Notes: generated from the sequence alone by a model not told the origin. Positions 38,159 through 48,237 are shown, numbered from the stretch's first letter. The stretch: DNA of 64,000 bases from Nitrososphaerota archaeon (GCA_041641305.1 JBEPYN010000002.1:224001-288000), one strand, 5' to 3'. Translations and numbers: made by a program.

Positions 38159-39736
38159 CTACTCGACCACGTTTGTCCGCGCCTGTTCGCGGAGGAATGT
38201 CAGTAGATAGTGTGGGCCTCCTACTCCTTTTCCAGTTGCGCCGCTTGCTTTCCAGCCGACGAATGTTTGTGCGCCGGGCCATGCTCCCGTGGTTGCTCCG
38301 CCTTTTCTGTTGGCGTAGGTTACGCCGAACTCGATGTTGTTGAAGAAGCATTCGACTTCACGTGGGTCTTCGGAATAGATACCCGCGGTTAGGCCGTATT
38401 CGGTGTTGTTGGCTTCTTTCAAGGCTTCTTCAAGGGTTTCGAACTCCGCTACCAGCAGTATGGGAAGGAAGAGCTCCTGCTTGAACAAGGGGTGGCTGCG
38501 GGGGAGCTTGTCTATGATGGTGGGCTGGACGTAATAGCCTCTGTCAAACAAGCCGCCGCCAAGCACTTCGCCGCCGTAGAGAATTTCTCCACCGTCGCGC
38601 TTCGCCGTCTCCACGTAGCTGCGGAAGTTTTCGACGGCTCGTTTGTTTATTACGGGGCCGAGGAACACTTCTCGGAGACGTGGGTCACCTATCTTGATGC
38701 GGCTGGTCTCTTTCACCAGCTCCTCGATAAACCTGTTCTTTATCTCACGCTGGACATAGACGCGTGATGTTGCGGAGCATTTCTGGCCGCCGTAGCCGAA
38801 TGCGGCTCGCACGACACCTAGCACAGCTTTGCCGATGTCCGCGTTCTTGGTGACTATCGTCGGGTTCTTGCTCCCCATCTCGAGCAAAATCGGCTTGGGA
38901 TAGGGCTGGGAGGATGTGAACCTGCGGTAAAGCCTCATGCCCACGTCTTTTGAGCCTGTGAAAGCGATGCCCGCGACATCCGGGTTGGACACTATCTCGT
39001 CCTCGAACGCGGAGCCGGGGCCCGTGACATAGTTGATTACGCCGGGCGGCACTCCAGCGTCCACAAAGACGCGGTAGAGCAGCAGACCGGATAAGGGTGT
39101 TTCGCTTGTTGGCTTGAAGACCACCGCGTTGCCTGTTATCAGGGCGCCGAGCATCATGCCGTTGGCGAGCATGAAGGGGAAGTTGAAGGGTGAGATGACC
39201 ACCCAGACACCGTAGGGCCTTGCAACCATTCTGCACTGCTCTCCGGGGCCGCCGGGTCCCATCTCAAACTCATAGCCGTTGTTCTTCTCCATCACTTGGG
39301 CATAGTATTTGAGCGCGTCAATAGCCTCCCAAGCCTCGGCCAAGGCCTCGAGCCTATTCTTGCCAGCCTCGTAGGTGATTACGGCGGCTATCTCAAATTT
39401 TCTCTCGTCAATCAGTTGCGCGGCCCGACGCATCACACGCACTCTTTCACGCCAATCCGTGTCAGCCCATTCCCTGAACCGTTTCTTGGCCTCGGCGATT
39501 GCTTGACGCATGTGCTCCGCGCCTCCCTTCTGAAAATAGCCCACTATAACCGAGGTATCGATGGGGCTACGGGTCTCAAACTCTCCCTGCTCCGAGAAAA
39601 CCTCGCGGCCACCTATTAGCATGGGATAATGTTTTCCTAGAAATTTTTGCTCAACATCTTTCAAGGCTTTTTCATAGGCTGGGTGAAGAGACTCGTCGGC
39701 AAATAGAGATACATAGGTTATCTTTTTCTCCGTCAT
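38159..39736 (-). CDS. Aldehyde dehydrogenase, P5C-dehydrogenase (RocA)-like
   Basis: ISPFNFP, FTGS, LEMGSKN, GQKCSATSR, ELF.P, YGLTAG. Confidence 0.88.
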   Translation of the reverse strand: MTEKKITYVSLFADESLHPAYEKALKDVEQKFLGKHYPMLIGGREVFSEQGEFETRSPIDTSVIVGYFQKGGAEHMRQAIAEAKKRFREWADTDWRERVRVMRRAAQLIDERKFEIAAVITYEAGKNRLEALAEAWEAIDALKYYAQVMEKNNGYEFEMGPGGPGEQCRMVARPYGVWVVISPFNFPFMLANGMMLGALITGNAVVFKPTSETPLSGLLLYRVFVDAGVPPGVINYVTGPGSAFEDEIVSNPDVAGIAFTGSKDVGMRLYRRFTSSQPYPKPILLEMGSKNPTIVTKNADIGKAVLGVVRAAFGYGGQKCSATSRVYVQREIKNRFIEELVKETSRIKIGDPRLREVFLGPVINKRAVENFRSYVETAKRDGGEILYGGEVLGGGLFDRGYYVQPTIIDKLPRSHPLFKQELFLPILLVAEFETLEEALKEANNTEYGLTAGIYSEDPREVECFFNNIEFGVTYANRKGGATTGAWPGAQTFVGWKASGATGKGVGGPHYLLTFLREQARTNVVE

Positions 39737-39763
39737 TTCACATTTACAAGTAACGTTGATTGA

Positions 39764-40543
39764 CTAAATATGTTTTTCTTGTCTGATCTCCTGTATGCGG
39801 TTGTATATGTTTGCGACGGTTTGTCTTGGGTTGGCTGAGTAGATGATGGCGCGTCCGATGTTGACGAGTATTGTTGAGCCGCCTGCTTTAACGGCTGTGA
39901 TGAGGTCTCCGCCTTGTGCGCCCACGCCGGGGAAAAGAATCATCTTTTCAGCACCTATGGCGTCTCTCACAGCTCTTATCTCTGCCTCCCCCAACTCTGG
40001 ATGCAGCCCCACAACAACACCTTCGGCCCCGTTTTCAACAACCTCTTCCAGAATTTTTTGGTAAACTTTTCTGTCGTCGGCGAGTGTTGCTCTGAAATAT
40101 TTGCTTGACTCGGGGTTGGATGGATGCAGCAACACGATGATTCCGACGTTGTTTGCTTCGCCGTGTTTCACAGCCTTTGACAGCGTTCCCATGATTGGGT
40201 TAAATGTTATGAAGTCATAGCCCATCTCTGACACCAGCTTGATGCCTGCTTTGACGGTGTTCTCTATGTCGCACATCTTGCAATCATAGATTGAGACCAG
40301 CCCCATGTCCCGTATTTTACCGGTTAGTTTTCTGTGGTCGGTCAGCGAAAAGTCTCGGACAAAGTTTTCGTTGACTTTGACTGCCGCGATGTAGGGGTCT
40401 ACGGCGTCAACCATGTTGAGGCAAAACCGTAGCTTCTCGCTTGTTTGTGGGTGTAAGTCCGGGTTTGGGTCGAGGCCGAGGCAGATAATCGAGCTTCTCT
40501 GCTCCAAGGCCTTTCGAAACCTTTCCAGTGGACTGTTGCTCAC
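39764..40543 (-). CDS. pyrF: Orotidine-5'-phosphate decarboxylase
   Basis: CLGLDP, AVK.N, D.K..DI.NT, SNP, PGVGAQGG, N.GRAI. Confidence 0.9.
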   Translation of the reverse strand: MSNSPLERFRKALEQRSSIICLGLDPNPDLHPQTSEKLRFCLNMVDAVDPYIAAVKVNENFVRDFSLTDHRKLTGKIRDMGLVSIYDCKMCDIENTVKAGIKLVSEMGYDFITFNPIMGTLSKAVKHGEANNVGIIVLLHPSNPESSKYFRATLADDRKVYQKILEEVVENGAEGVVVGLHPELGEAEIRAVRDAIGAEKMILFPGVGAQGGDLITAVKAGGSTILVNIGRAIIYSANPRQTVANIYNRIQEIRQEKHI

Positions 40544-41730
40544 GAAAGCTTCACCACACCGTAATCTCTGTAATACCGGATCCAGTCTTCACGCTCCTCG
40601 GGAGGAAGCTCGCCCTTAATCATCTCATAGATGCTGGAGGCTGTGAGAATTGGGTGAACCTTGACACCGAGCGTCTTCTCAAGATATTCCACGGCGCTCA
40701 CCTCCTCTTCCTCGGATGTCTCCTGCCTGTCTACAGCGACCACAACGGCGACAACTCTGTGACTGCCAAGCGAGTCAAGCTTCTTTATCGACGCCGCCTT
40801 CGTTCTTCCCGTCGTCACGGTGTCGTCCACTATCAGTATTTTCTGCCCCGGCTGGAAATACTCGGAGCCAACTATGCTGCCGTCCATTGCGACGTCACCA
40901 TACTCTTTCACCTCTTTTCTATCATATAGGAACCGCTTGTTTATGCCATAGTATTCTTTCAGTCCTTCGCAGACGAGTGATGCGAGGTTGATGCCTTTGT
41001 AGGCGGGGCCGAAGACGAAGTCAAAATCTTCAAGAATGTTTTCTTTGAGGAGAAGCGCTATATAGCTGGCGAATATCCACCGGAGCTTGGACAGCGACTC
41101 GCCATCGTTTAAAGCACCCATGTTGACGAAGTATGGGCTGACCCTGCCGCTCTTCAGCCTAAACTTCTGACGGTAGCGGAGGCCGCCTTTCTTGACAAGC
41201 AGGTCCAACAGCTCACGCTGCACCCGTGTCCTCGACACAAGTATCCCGCTTGAAGCACGCTGCGAAATCTCCTTCACAGCATCCTCGTAGTAGTATACGT
41301 ATCCGCAGCTCAGGCATTTCAGAGTCGTTAGCTCGAGGTTTTCGGTGTCTAGGTTGACGGAAAACCTGCTGCCGGGGCCCTTCGAGCTGCATAAGGGGTT
41401 TCTGCAGTCTATGACGCCCACCACTTCTTTGGGAGGATTTACACGTTCTTTCGACTTCACTCTCCAGTCCGAGATGATATTGATGGTTGCTGTGGGAGAG
41501 ATTAGGGCGATGACGTTTACGAGGCTCGAGGTGATGTATTCTCCCTCTATCTTGACGAGGTCTTTGCGGCCGAGCTTTGTGGAGGGAACGTTTTTGGCTA
41601 TGACAGCGGTCGAACCGGGGTCAGGATTGAGAACACTGTAGATGAGAAAACCTTTGCAGGCGGTTATGTGGTCTATTACCACACCGCGCTCAATCTTTTG
41701 GACAAGCAGCTTCTGCTCAAGCCGCTCCAC
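40540..41730 (-). CDS. pyrI-pyrE: Fusion of aspartate carbamoyltransferase regulatory chain (PyrI) and orotate phosphoribosyltransferase (PyrE)
   Basis: N-half: LLV.KI..G.VIDHI, NVPS.KLGRKD, ATINII, C.NP.C...C..C; C-half: F.LKSGR.SPYF, FGPAYKGI, RKE.K.YG, IVDD.VT.G. Confidence 0.9.
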   Translation of the reverse strand: MERLEQKLLVQKIERGVVIDHITACKGFLIYSVLNPDPGSTAVIAKNVPSTKLGRKDLVKIEGEYITSSLVNVIALISPTATINIISDWRVKSKERVNPPKEVVGVIDCRNPLCSSKGPGSRFSVNLDTENLELTTLKCLSCGYVYYYEDAVKEISQRASSGILVSRTRVQRELLDLLVKKGGLRYRQKFRLKSGRVSPYFVNMGALNDGESLSKLRWIFASYIALLLKENILEDFDFVFGPAYKGINLASLVCEGLKEYYGINKRFLYDRKEVKEYGDVAMDGSIVGSEYFQPGQKILIVDDTVTTGRTKAASIKKLDSLGSHRVVAVVVAVDRQETSEEEEVSAVEYLEKTLGVKVHPILTASSIYEMIKGELPPEEREDWIRYYRDYGVVKLS

Positions 41731-41784
41731 TATGAACCCGCGTCAAACAGGTTTTTTCAGATATTTAAGTGAAAAAATGGAATT

Positions 41785-44124
41785 TTAAATGGCTTTTTTT
41801 GCTTTTGCTATCAGGTTGCGGATGTACTCGGGTTTGAGGGGTGTCTGGTCCACTATTACGCCGAGGTGTGCTAACGCGTCTTGGACAGCGTTTGCGAGAG
41901 CCGCCGGCGCGGCTATGGCTCCGCCTTCGCCCATGCCCTTGAAGCCTCCGGGCTGCGGAGAAGGTGTCTCCATGTGTTCGATGTTCATGTTGAACATTTC
42001 CACAGCGCTTGGGATGAGGTAGTCTGCGAAAGTGCTTGTTAGCAGCTGCCCATTCTCATCATATACAAGCTCCTCATAGATTGCGCCGCCTACTCCATGG
42101 GCTACTGCGCCATGTATCTGGCCATAGAGGGTGAGTGGGTTGAGGACGCGGCCGCTGTCGTCGAAGATGTGGTACTCGAGAATTTTCATCTGCCCCGTCT
42201 CGGGGTCGATTTCCACCACGGGTATGTGGACGGCGTAGCTGCATGTGGTGAAAGCCTTTGGCTCGTAGTGTGCGGTTGCCTCGAGGCCGGGTTCTGTGTC
42301 GGGTGGGAGACGGGTGGGCTGGCGCCACGCTATCTTAGCCACGTCTGCGAAGGTTACGGATTTTTCTGGAGAGTCTTTTACATAGAGTTTGCCGTCGCTT
42401 GCCTCGATGTCTTCGGGGTTGGCTTCAAGCATGTGGGCGGCTATGCGTTTCACTTTTGCGAGAAGTGTTTCGCATGCTTTGATGATGGCTCCTCCGACCG
42501 CGACGGTGCTGCGGCTCGCCCATGCTCCGAACCCGTAGGGACAGGTCTTGCTGTCTCCCTCGAAAACCGTGACATCATCCATGTTTACTCCGAGGTAGTC
42601 CGCGGCAATCTGAGCATAAACAGTGTAGTGGCCCTGTCCCTGGCTCGCCGTCCCCGTCAAGACAACAACCTTGCCCTCGGGCTCGATCCTCACAGTCGCC
42701 GAATCGTATCCGCCAACCTCCCATCCAAGGCCCTTGTCAAGCCTCTCGCTGCTGGGCGTAGTGTACTCGACATACATAGCCAACCCAATTCCTATCAAGC
42801 GTCCCTGTTTACGGGCCTCAGCCTGCATACGCCGCAGCTCATAGTATTTCGCCAGCTTCAAGGCTTCTTCGAGTGCTTTGGGGTAGTCGCCGCTGTCATA
42901 TACTATGTTGTGGATGTTTTTGAATGGCATGGCCTCGGCTGGTATGAGGTTTCTGCGACGTATCTCCACGGGGTCGATGCCGAGGTTTGCGGCAGCATCG
43001 TTCATCAGCCTCTCCATCACAAACGCGGCCACCGGCCTACCGAATCCTCTATGCGGCGAATATGGAGCCTTGTTGGTGGCTACGCAGAAGACCTCGTATT
43101 CGTAGGCGTCGAAGCGGTAGGGGCCGGGGATGGCCGCCATCGTGACCATCACAGGCTGTGTCTCCGTCCAGAAAGCACCATACACACCAATATCGGCGAT
43201 GACCTTGTCACGTATGGCGAGGAGTTTCCCATCTCTTTTGAAAGCCGCTTCAACGTAGTGGACCTGCTGCCGCTCGTGGCCGCAGACAAGCATGTGCTCG
43301 CTCCTTGTCTCCACCCATTTCACCGGCCTTCCCAGCTTCATCGCAAGCTGTATCGTGGAAACCTCCTCGGGCCAGACGCTTGACTTGGGTCCGAAGCCGC
43401 CGCCTACATCGGGCGCAATCACCCGTATCCTGTTCTCGGGGTAGTTGAGGGCCTGCGAAAGATATGTCTGAAGGACATGCGGAAACTGTGTCGAGTCCCA
43501 GACGGTCAGCTCGCCGCGTGATTTGTCGAAGTCAGCGACCACGCCGCGGCCCTCTATCGGAGTGGGCGCATAGCGCTGGTTGACGTATCGCCTCTGTAGA
43601 ACAAGGTCAGCCGAGGCGAAGGCTGCTTCTACATCGCCCGCCTTGAAGCTGTAGTTCATGATGATGTTGTTTCCCCACTCCTCGTAGAGTAGAGGCGCGC
43701 CGGGCTTGAGGCCCTGCTCAGCATCCACAACCGGAGGAAGGGGCTGAATCTCGACGTTGACCAGAGAGACAACCTCCTCGACGCTGTATCTATTCTTCAC
43801 AGCCACTCCAACAATCGGCTCGCCGACGAACCTCACCTTGCCTCTCGCGAGAGAAAACCTCGGAACATCACGTAGGCCCTTATACTTCATCCAGCTGGGC
43901 AGCGGAGCAGCCTCCTCGGGGAGAAGGGCTGCGACAAAGTCGGGATGTTTCTGTGCCTCTGAAATGTCTATAGAGATTATTCGGCCGTGTGCATAGGGTG
44001 AACGTACAAACCCCGCGTAAACCATGTTGGGGAGCTTGATGTCGTCAACATATCTACCACGGCCCGTCAACAGAATCGGGTCCTCTCTCCTCTTAATCGG
44101 TTTACCGACATATTTGCCCATCAT
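41785..44124 (-). CDS. Xanthine dehydrogenase-family molybdoenzyme large subunit (CoxL/CutA-like)
   Basis: RREDP.LLTG.G.YVDD, DVGGGFG.K, GQGH.T, GQIHG....G.G, KG.GE. Confidence 0.92.
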   Translation of the reverse strand: MMGKYVGKPIKRREDPILLTGRGRYVDDIKLPNMVYAGFVRSPYAHGRIISIDISEAQKHPDFVAALLPEEAAPLPSWMKYKGLRDVPRFSLARGKVRFVGEPIVGVAVKNRYSVEEVVSLVNVEIQPLPPVVDAEQGLKPGAPLLYEEWGNNIIMNYSFKAGDVEAAFASADLVLQRRYVNQRYAPTPIEGRGVVADFDKSRGELTVWDSTQFPHVLQTYLSQALNYPENRIRVIAPDVGGGFGPKSSVWPEEVSTIQLAMKLGRPVKWVETRSEHMLVCGHERQQVHYVEAAFKRDGKLLAIRDKVIADIGVYGAFWTETQPVMVTMAAIPGPYRFDAYEYEVFCVATNKAPYSPHRGFGRPVAAFVMERLMNDAAANLGIDPVEIRRRNLIPAEAMPFKNIHNIVYDSGDYPKALEEALKLAKYYELRRMQAEARKQGRLIGIGLAMYVEYTTPSSERLDKGLGWEVGGYDSATVRIEPEGKVVVLTGTASQGQGHYTVYAQIAADYLGVNMDDVTVFEGDSKTCPYGFGAWASRSTVAVGGAIIKACETLLAKVKRIAAHMLEANPEDIEASDGKLYVKDSPEKSVTFADVAKIAWRQPTRLPPDTEPGLEATAHYEPKAFTTCSYAVHIPVVEIDPETGQMKILEYHIFDDSGRVLNPLTLYGQIHGAVAHGVGGAIYEELVYDENGQLLTSTFADYLIPSAVEMFNMNIEHMETPSPQPGGFKGMGEGGAIAAPAALANAVQDALAHLGVIVDQTPLKPEYIRNLIAKAKKAI

Positions 44125-44126
44125 GT

Positions 44127-45416
44127 CTACTCACCGTAGGTTATGGTAAAGCGCTGCTTTACCTTTTTCCTGTCCATGTTGCATAGGTTCATGCTGGCGA
44201 TGGTGTAGACTTTGGTGCATGCGATGAGGTTGGGGATGTAGAGGGTTCCACGCATCTCTTTGCCGGGGCCGCCGGACGGTCCGTAGTTGACCGCCACCAC
44301 ACCGTTTCTCGTCAAAACGTTTGCGTCGGATGACCATGAGAAAACCACGCGTTCAGCAGGTGTGCCGAACACAGCTTTATGTCCCTCGTCTATAGCCTTC
44401 ACCACAGCGGAGTCCTCGGGAACAGTGGCCCATGCATCGCTCACATAGATGTCGAGCAAAGGCTTGAAGCCATAGCGTTTCTCAACCTCATTCAACATCT
44501 CCTCGAGAGCCTCTTTAACGTCCACGGCCGAGTATGGAGGCGGATACCGAAGGTCGACATATAGGTTGCAGAACCACGGTGTCCGGGAGCATCTCCAAGG
44601 CCATCCACCCTCTATCGAGCCGATGTTAACAGTCGGCTTCACACCCTGGTGGCTAAACCTCTCCTGATACTTTGGAATCCACTCCTCCAAAACGTTCAGC
44701 ACCCTGTTCATTCGGAGAATCAGGTTGGTTACGCCGGTGGAATGTGCTGTGTGGACCATCTGGCCTTTGAGATAAAACTTGGCCCAGACGGAGCCGAAGT
44801 GTGTCAGCATCAGACGCAGCCCCGTGGGTTCGCCGAGTATGGCGAAATCTGTTACACCGCCGTGTGTTACGAGGTAGGCGGTTCCCGTGCCGTAGCCCCT
44901 ATACTGTGCACCCCTGTATTGGTCAACCTGCGTCTTCTCAATCTCGCCAACCACTCCCGCGATCATGATGTCGCCCTTCAGCTCCACACCCGCGTTCTGC
45001 AGCGCCTCTACAGTCGAGACATACGCCGCCAACGCGCCCTTCATGTTGAAGACGCCCATGCCATATAGCCAGTCACCTTCTCGATAGGCCCATGGAGGCT
45101 CAAGCCGGTACACGGGTGAAATTGCCTTAAGTATTTCGGCGGGTTCGCGTGGAGAGAAGGATGTGTCGAGGTGTCCGTTGAACATCAGCGATGGGCCGCC
45201 GCCTTTTCCCGGCAGCACGCCGACAGCGTTGAGACGGCCTGGTTCAACCTCCTGAAGCTTGACACGCATCCCCACCTCCTCCATCATCCTAGCATAAGCC
45301 TCTGCACACTCGCCCTCGAAACCCGTCGGACTCTCGATGTTAGCCAAGTCAAGCGTCCGCTTAATCGTCTTCTCCACATCAATCTTCGATAAAACGTCCT
45401 GTATTGTGGCGGTCAT
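44127..45416 (-). CDS. M20/ArgE-DapE family amidohydrolase (atypical metal ligands)
   Basis: I.SPTG.E, LMFNGHLDT, LYG.G..NMKG, AILGEPT, NIG.IEGG. Confidence 0.82.
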   Translation of the reverse strand: MTATIQDVLSKIDVEKTIKRTLDLANIESPTGFEGECAEAYARMMEEVGMRVKLQEVEPGRLNAVGVLPGKGGGPSLMFNGHLDTSFSPREPAEILKAISPVYRLEPPWAYREGDWLYGMGVFNMKGALAAYVSTVEALQNAGVELKGDIMIAGVVGEIEKTQVDQYRGAQYRGYGTGTAYLVTHGGVTDFAILGEPTGLRLMLTHFGSVWAKFYLKGQMVHTAHSTGVTNLILRMNRVLNVLEEWIPKYQERFSHQGVKPTVNIGSIEGGWPWRCSRTPWFCNLYVDLRYPPPYSAVDVKEALEEMLNEVEKRYGFKPLLDIYVSDAWATVPEDSAVVKAIDEGHKAVFGTPAERVVFSWSSDANVLTRNGVVAVNYGPSGGPGKEMRGTLYIPNLIACTKVYTIASMNLCNMDRKKVKQRFTITYGE

Positions 45417-46259
45417 TTAAGCACCCGGCATGCTGAAGCCGCCGTCACATATCACGACGTTGCCTGTCATGTGTATCGAGTCATCCGAAGCGAGGAAGAG
45501 CACAACGGGGACGATGTCCTCGGGCTTCGCTATCCTGCGGAGAGGAGTGTGCTCGATAACCCATTTCCTTCTACCGGCTGTCCAATCAGGCCTTGATAGG
45601 AGAGACTCCGTCTCCATGTAGCCCGGCGCGACGGCGTTCACCCTGACATAGGGCGCGAAAGCGTTTGCATAGGATTTTGTGAGACCGAGCACACCATATT
45701 TCGATGCTGCATACTGTGGCGCACGTGGGCTGCCCGTGGTGATGACGTTGGAGCAGATGTTGACAATCACACCTCTTTTACGCTCAAGCATCCGCGACCC
45801 AACCTCATGCGTCATGAACAGCGTCCCCTTGATGTCCACCGCCAGCACATGGTCAATCCTCTCCTCCGTTATCTCCCGCCAAGACATCTGCCCCGGCGCC
45901 GTGTCGCCGACGTTGTTAACCAACACATCGATGGGGCCGAACTCTCGCCACGTCTTTTCAACAGCCTGCTTCACCTCATCCCACTTCGTAACATCAGCCT
46001 TGACAGTATAGGCTCTAACACCCATCTGCTCAATCTCCTTAGCCGTCTGCAGCGCGGATTCGGCTGACTTGTTGTAGTGAACAACCACATTGCCACCTTC
46101 GCGCGCAAACCCAAGAGCAATCAGCCTGCCGAAACCGCGTCCAGCACCAGTCACAAACACATTCAGCCCCTCAAACCGTCGACCCGGCTTCACAGCCCGC
46201 CGCTCGACAACAAACTCGCCCTCAATCTTGGGCTCAGTTGGAAGACTACCCCAGCTCAT
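45417..46259 (-). CDS. Short-chain dehydrogenase/reductase
   Basis: VTGAGRGFG, DVLVNN.G, YAASK, VRVNAVAPG, DGG; start ATG 46259. Confidence 0.9.
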   Translation of the reverse strand: MSWGSLPTEPKIEGEFVVERRAVKPGRRFEGLNVFVTGAGRGFGRLIALGFAREGGNVVVHYNKSAESALQTAKEIEQMGVRAYTVKADVTKWDEVKQAVEKTWREFGPIDVLVNNVGDTAPGQMSWREITEERIDHVLAVDIKGTLFMTHEVGSRMLERKRGVIVNICSNVITTGSPRAPQYAASKYGVLGLTKSYANAFAPYVRVNAVAPGYMETESLLSRPDWTAGRRKWVIEHTPLRRIAKPEDIVPVVLFLASDDSIHMTGNVVICDGGFSMPGA

Positions 46260-46384
46260 AACATATGAATAACACAGAGCCACAACTTAAAGGATATTCC
46301 GAATCCCCCGCTAGCACTGAATCGTGTTTGACAGACACTTGCATGGGGCAACTCCTATATACCCCGCAGTCGCCGAAGAATGAG

Positions 46385-47272
46385 ATGGAGCTGGAAAAAT
46401 TCGAGGGCATAGTGTCCGCGCTTCTTACACCATCAACAGCTTACAGAGAGAAGATGGCTGAGCTGATAGAGTTCCATCTTAAACATGGTGTCAACGGGTT
46501 TTTCGTGCTGGGCACGACTGGAGAAGGTGTCAAACTCGGGCCCTCGGTGAGACAGGAGGTGGCCGAGGCCGCTGTCGAGTACGCGGGTTCACGGGGTCTC
46601 GTGATAATCCATGTGGGCGCATCGGACATGGACACAGTTAAGCAGCTTACACGCCACGCCTCGAGAATAGGTGCACACGCCGTCTCCGCAGTCGCCCCGT
46701 TCTACTACAGATACGACCCAGAATCCCTCACATCATTCTACCAATCCATCGCAGACATCTCCTCAATCCCCGTGCTTGTATACAACAACCCAGGCCGCCA
46801 AGGATACAGCATCCCCTTAGAGGGTCTTAAGAAGATACTGGAAACGGTCAAGCCAACAGTCGGCCTGAAAGAAAGCAGCGGAGACCCGGACATGCTTTTG
46901 CAAGTTCTCACACACTTCAAGGGCAGCAGGTTTCTAGGCGCTGGCGGAGACCATCTCATGGTCTACAGCTTCATCGTAGGATACCGGGTTCACGTAAGCT
47001 CTCTGGCCTCCATCTATCCCGAAATCGCCATAAAAATCTTTGACCATGTGAGAAATGGTAAACTGGATGAAGCCCTCAGGCTCCAGACCATACTGAACAA
47101 CGTGAGGGCGGCTCTTAAGAAAATTGGGCCAGACATGGCGGCCAACCGCTACGCCCTCAGGCTCAGAGGCATTGACATCGGCGGCCCCATACCGCCCACA
47201 CGCGACCTAACACCCGAAGAGAAAAAGACGCTTGAGAAACTTCTGCCCAGGGAGCAGGAGCTAAGAGTGTAG
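46385..47272 (+). CDS. DHDPS/NAL-family aldolase (KD(P)G aldolase-like)
   Basis: LGTTGEG, PFYY, VYNNP, GLKES Schiff-base Lys; coupled to PfkB kinase; start ATG 46385. Confidence 0.82.
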   Translation: MELEKFEGIVSALLTPSTAYREKMAELIEFHLKHGVNGFFVLGTTGEGVKLGPSVRQEVAEAAVEYAGSRGLVIIHVGASDMDTVKQLTRHASRIGAHAVSAVAPFYYRYDPESLTSFYQSIADISSIPVLVYNNPGRQGYSIPLEGLKKILETVKPTVGLKESSGDPDMLLQVLTHFKGSRFLGAGGDHLMVYSFIVGYRVHVSSLASIYPEIAIKIFDHVRNGKLDEALRLQTILNNVRAALKKIGPDMAANRYALRLRGIDIGGPIPPTRDLTPEEKKTLEKLLPREQELRV

Positions 47273-47274
47273 AA

Positions 47275-48219
47275 ATGTCTCCGACAGTCGTAACACTCGG
47301 CGAATCACTCATCCAACTCAACGCAGTATCAAGAGGTCCACTTAGACACGTCACATTATTTGAGAGACATGTTGCAGGAGCGGAGACCACAGTCGCCGTT
47401 TGCGTGAGGAGACAGGGGATCGACTCAGGGCTTATCACAAGGGTTGGGGATGACGAATTCGGCAAATGCATCATCAACTGGGTGAGAGGAGAAGGTGTAG
47501 ACATCTCACAAGTGAAAGTCGACCCAGAAGCTCCTACCGGGATTTACTTTGTTCAACGAGGCTTTCCGATACCGTCGAAGAGCAAAATGTTCTACTACCG
47601 AACAGGCTCCGCGGGAAGCAGACTATCACCGGAAGACATCGACCCAGAGTACATAGGCTCAGCCAAAGTCTTCCACGTGACCGGCATAACGCCCGCATTA
47701 AGCGAGACAGCGAAAAACGCAACATACAAAGCACTTGACGCCGCTGTCTCCAATAATGTCACCGTCTCATTTGACACAAACATAAGGCCCGTGCTGTGGA
47801 AAACAAGCGAGAGCACCGTCAAAACCCTGATGCCGATAATAGAGAAAACCAGCATACTTTTCACAGACCCGACGGACGCCTCCATACTGCTGGGAACCAA
47901 TGACCGAGACAGAATCATCAAAAGTTTTCTCGACATGGGAGTCGATGTTGTGGTGCTTAAGATGGGTGAGCGAGGCGCCTTGGCCGCGGATAGAACCACG
48001 CGAGCATTCGCCGAACCAATCCCCGTCTATGTCGAGGACCCTATAGGCGCGGGAGACGCCTTCGCAGGCACCTTCATAACCTCCATCCTAAAAGGCAGAA
48101 CACTCAACGAATCCCTCCAACGAGCCACCATAGCAGGCTCACTCGTAGTCACCGTAAGAGGAGACGAAGAAGCCCTCCCAGCCGAAGAAGACATAGACGC
48201 CAACATCAAACAACTGTAG
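47275..48219 (+). CDS. kdgK: PfkB sugar kinase (2-keto-3-deoxygluconate kinase-like)
   Basis: AGAE..VA, VGDDEFG, YYR..SA.S, FD.NIRP.LW, D.IGAGDAF. Confidence 0.85.
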   Translation: MSPTVVTLGESLIQLNAVSRGPLRHVTLFERHVAGAETTVAVCVRRQGIDSGLITRVGDDEFGKCIINWVRGEGVDISQVKVDPEAPTGIYFVQRGFPIPSKSKMFYYRTGSAGSRLSPEDIDPEYIGSAKVFHVTGITPALSETAKNATYKALDAAVSNNVTVSFDTNIRPVLWKTSESTVKTLMPIIEKTSILFTDPTDASILLGTNDRDRIIKSFLDMGVDVVVLKMGERGALAADRTTRAFAEPIPVYVEDPIGAGDAFAGTFITSILKGRTLNESLQRATIAGSLVVTVRGDEEALPAEEDIDANIKQL

Positions 48220-48237
48220 ACTCATACAGCTAGGAGG

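Noticed and set aside
42097-43383. 428-aa antisense ORF
   Set aside because: Shadow of the molybdoenzyme gene; no recognisable motifs.
41785-44124. Aerobic CO dehydrogenase assignment
   Set aside because: Lacks the AYxCSFR motif and adjacent coxM/coxS/accessory genes.
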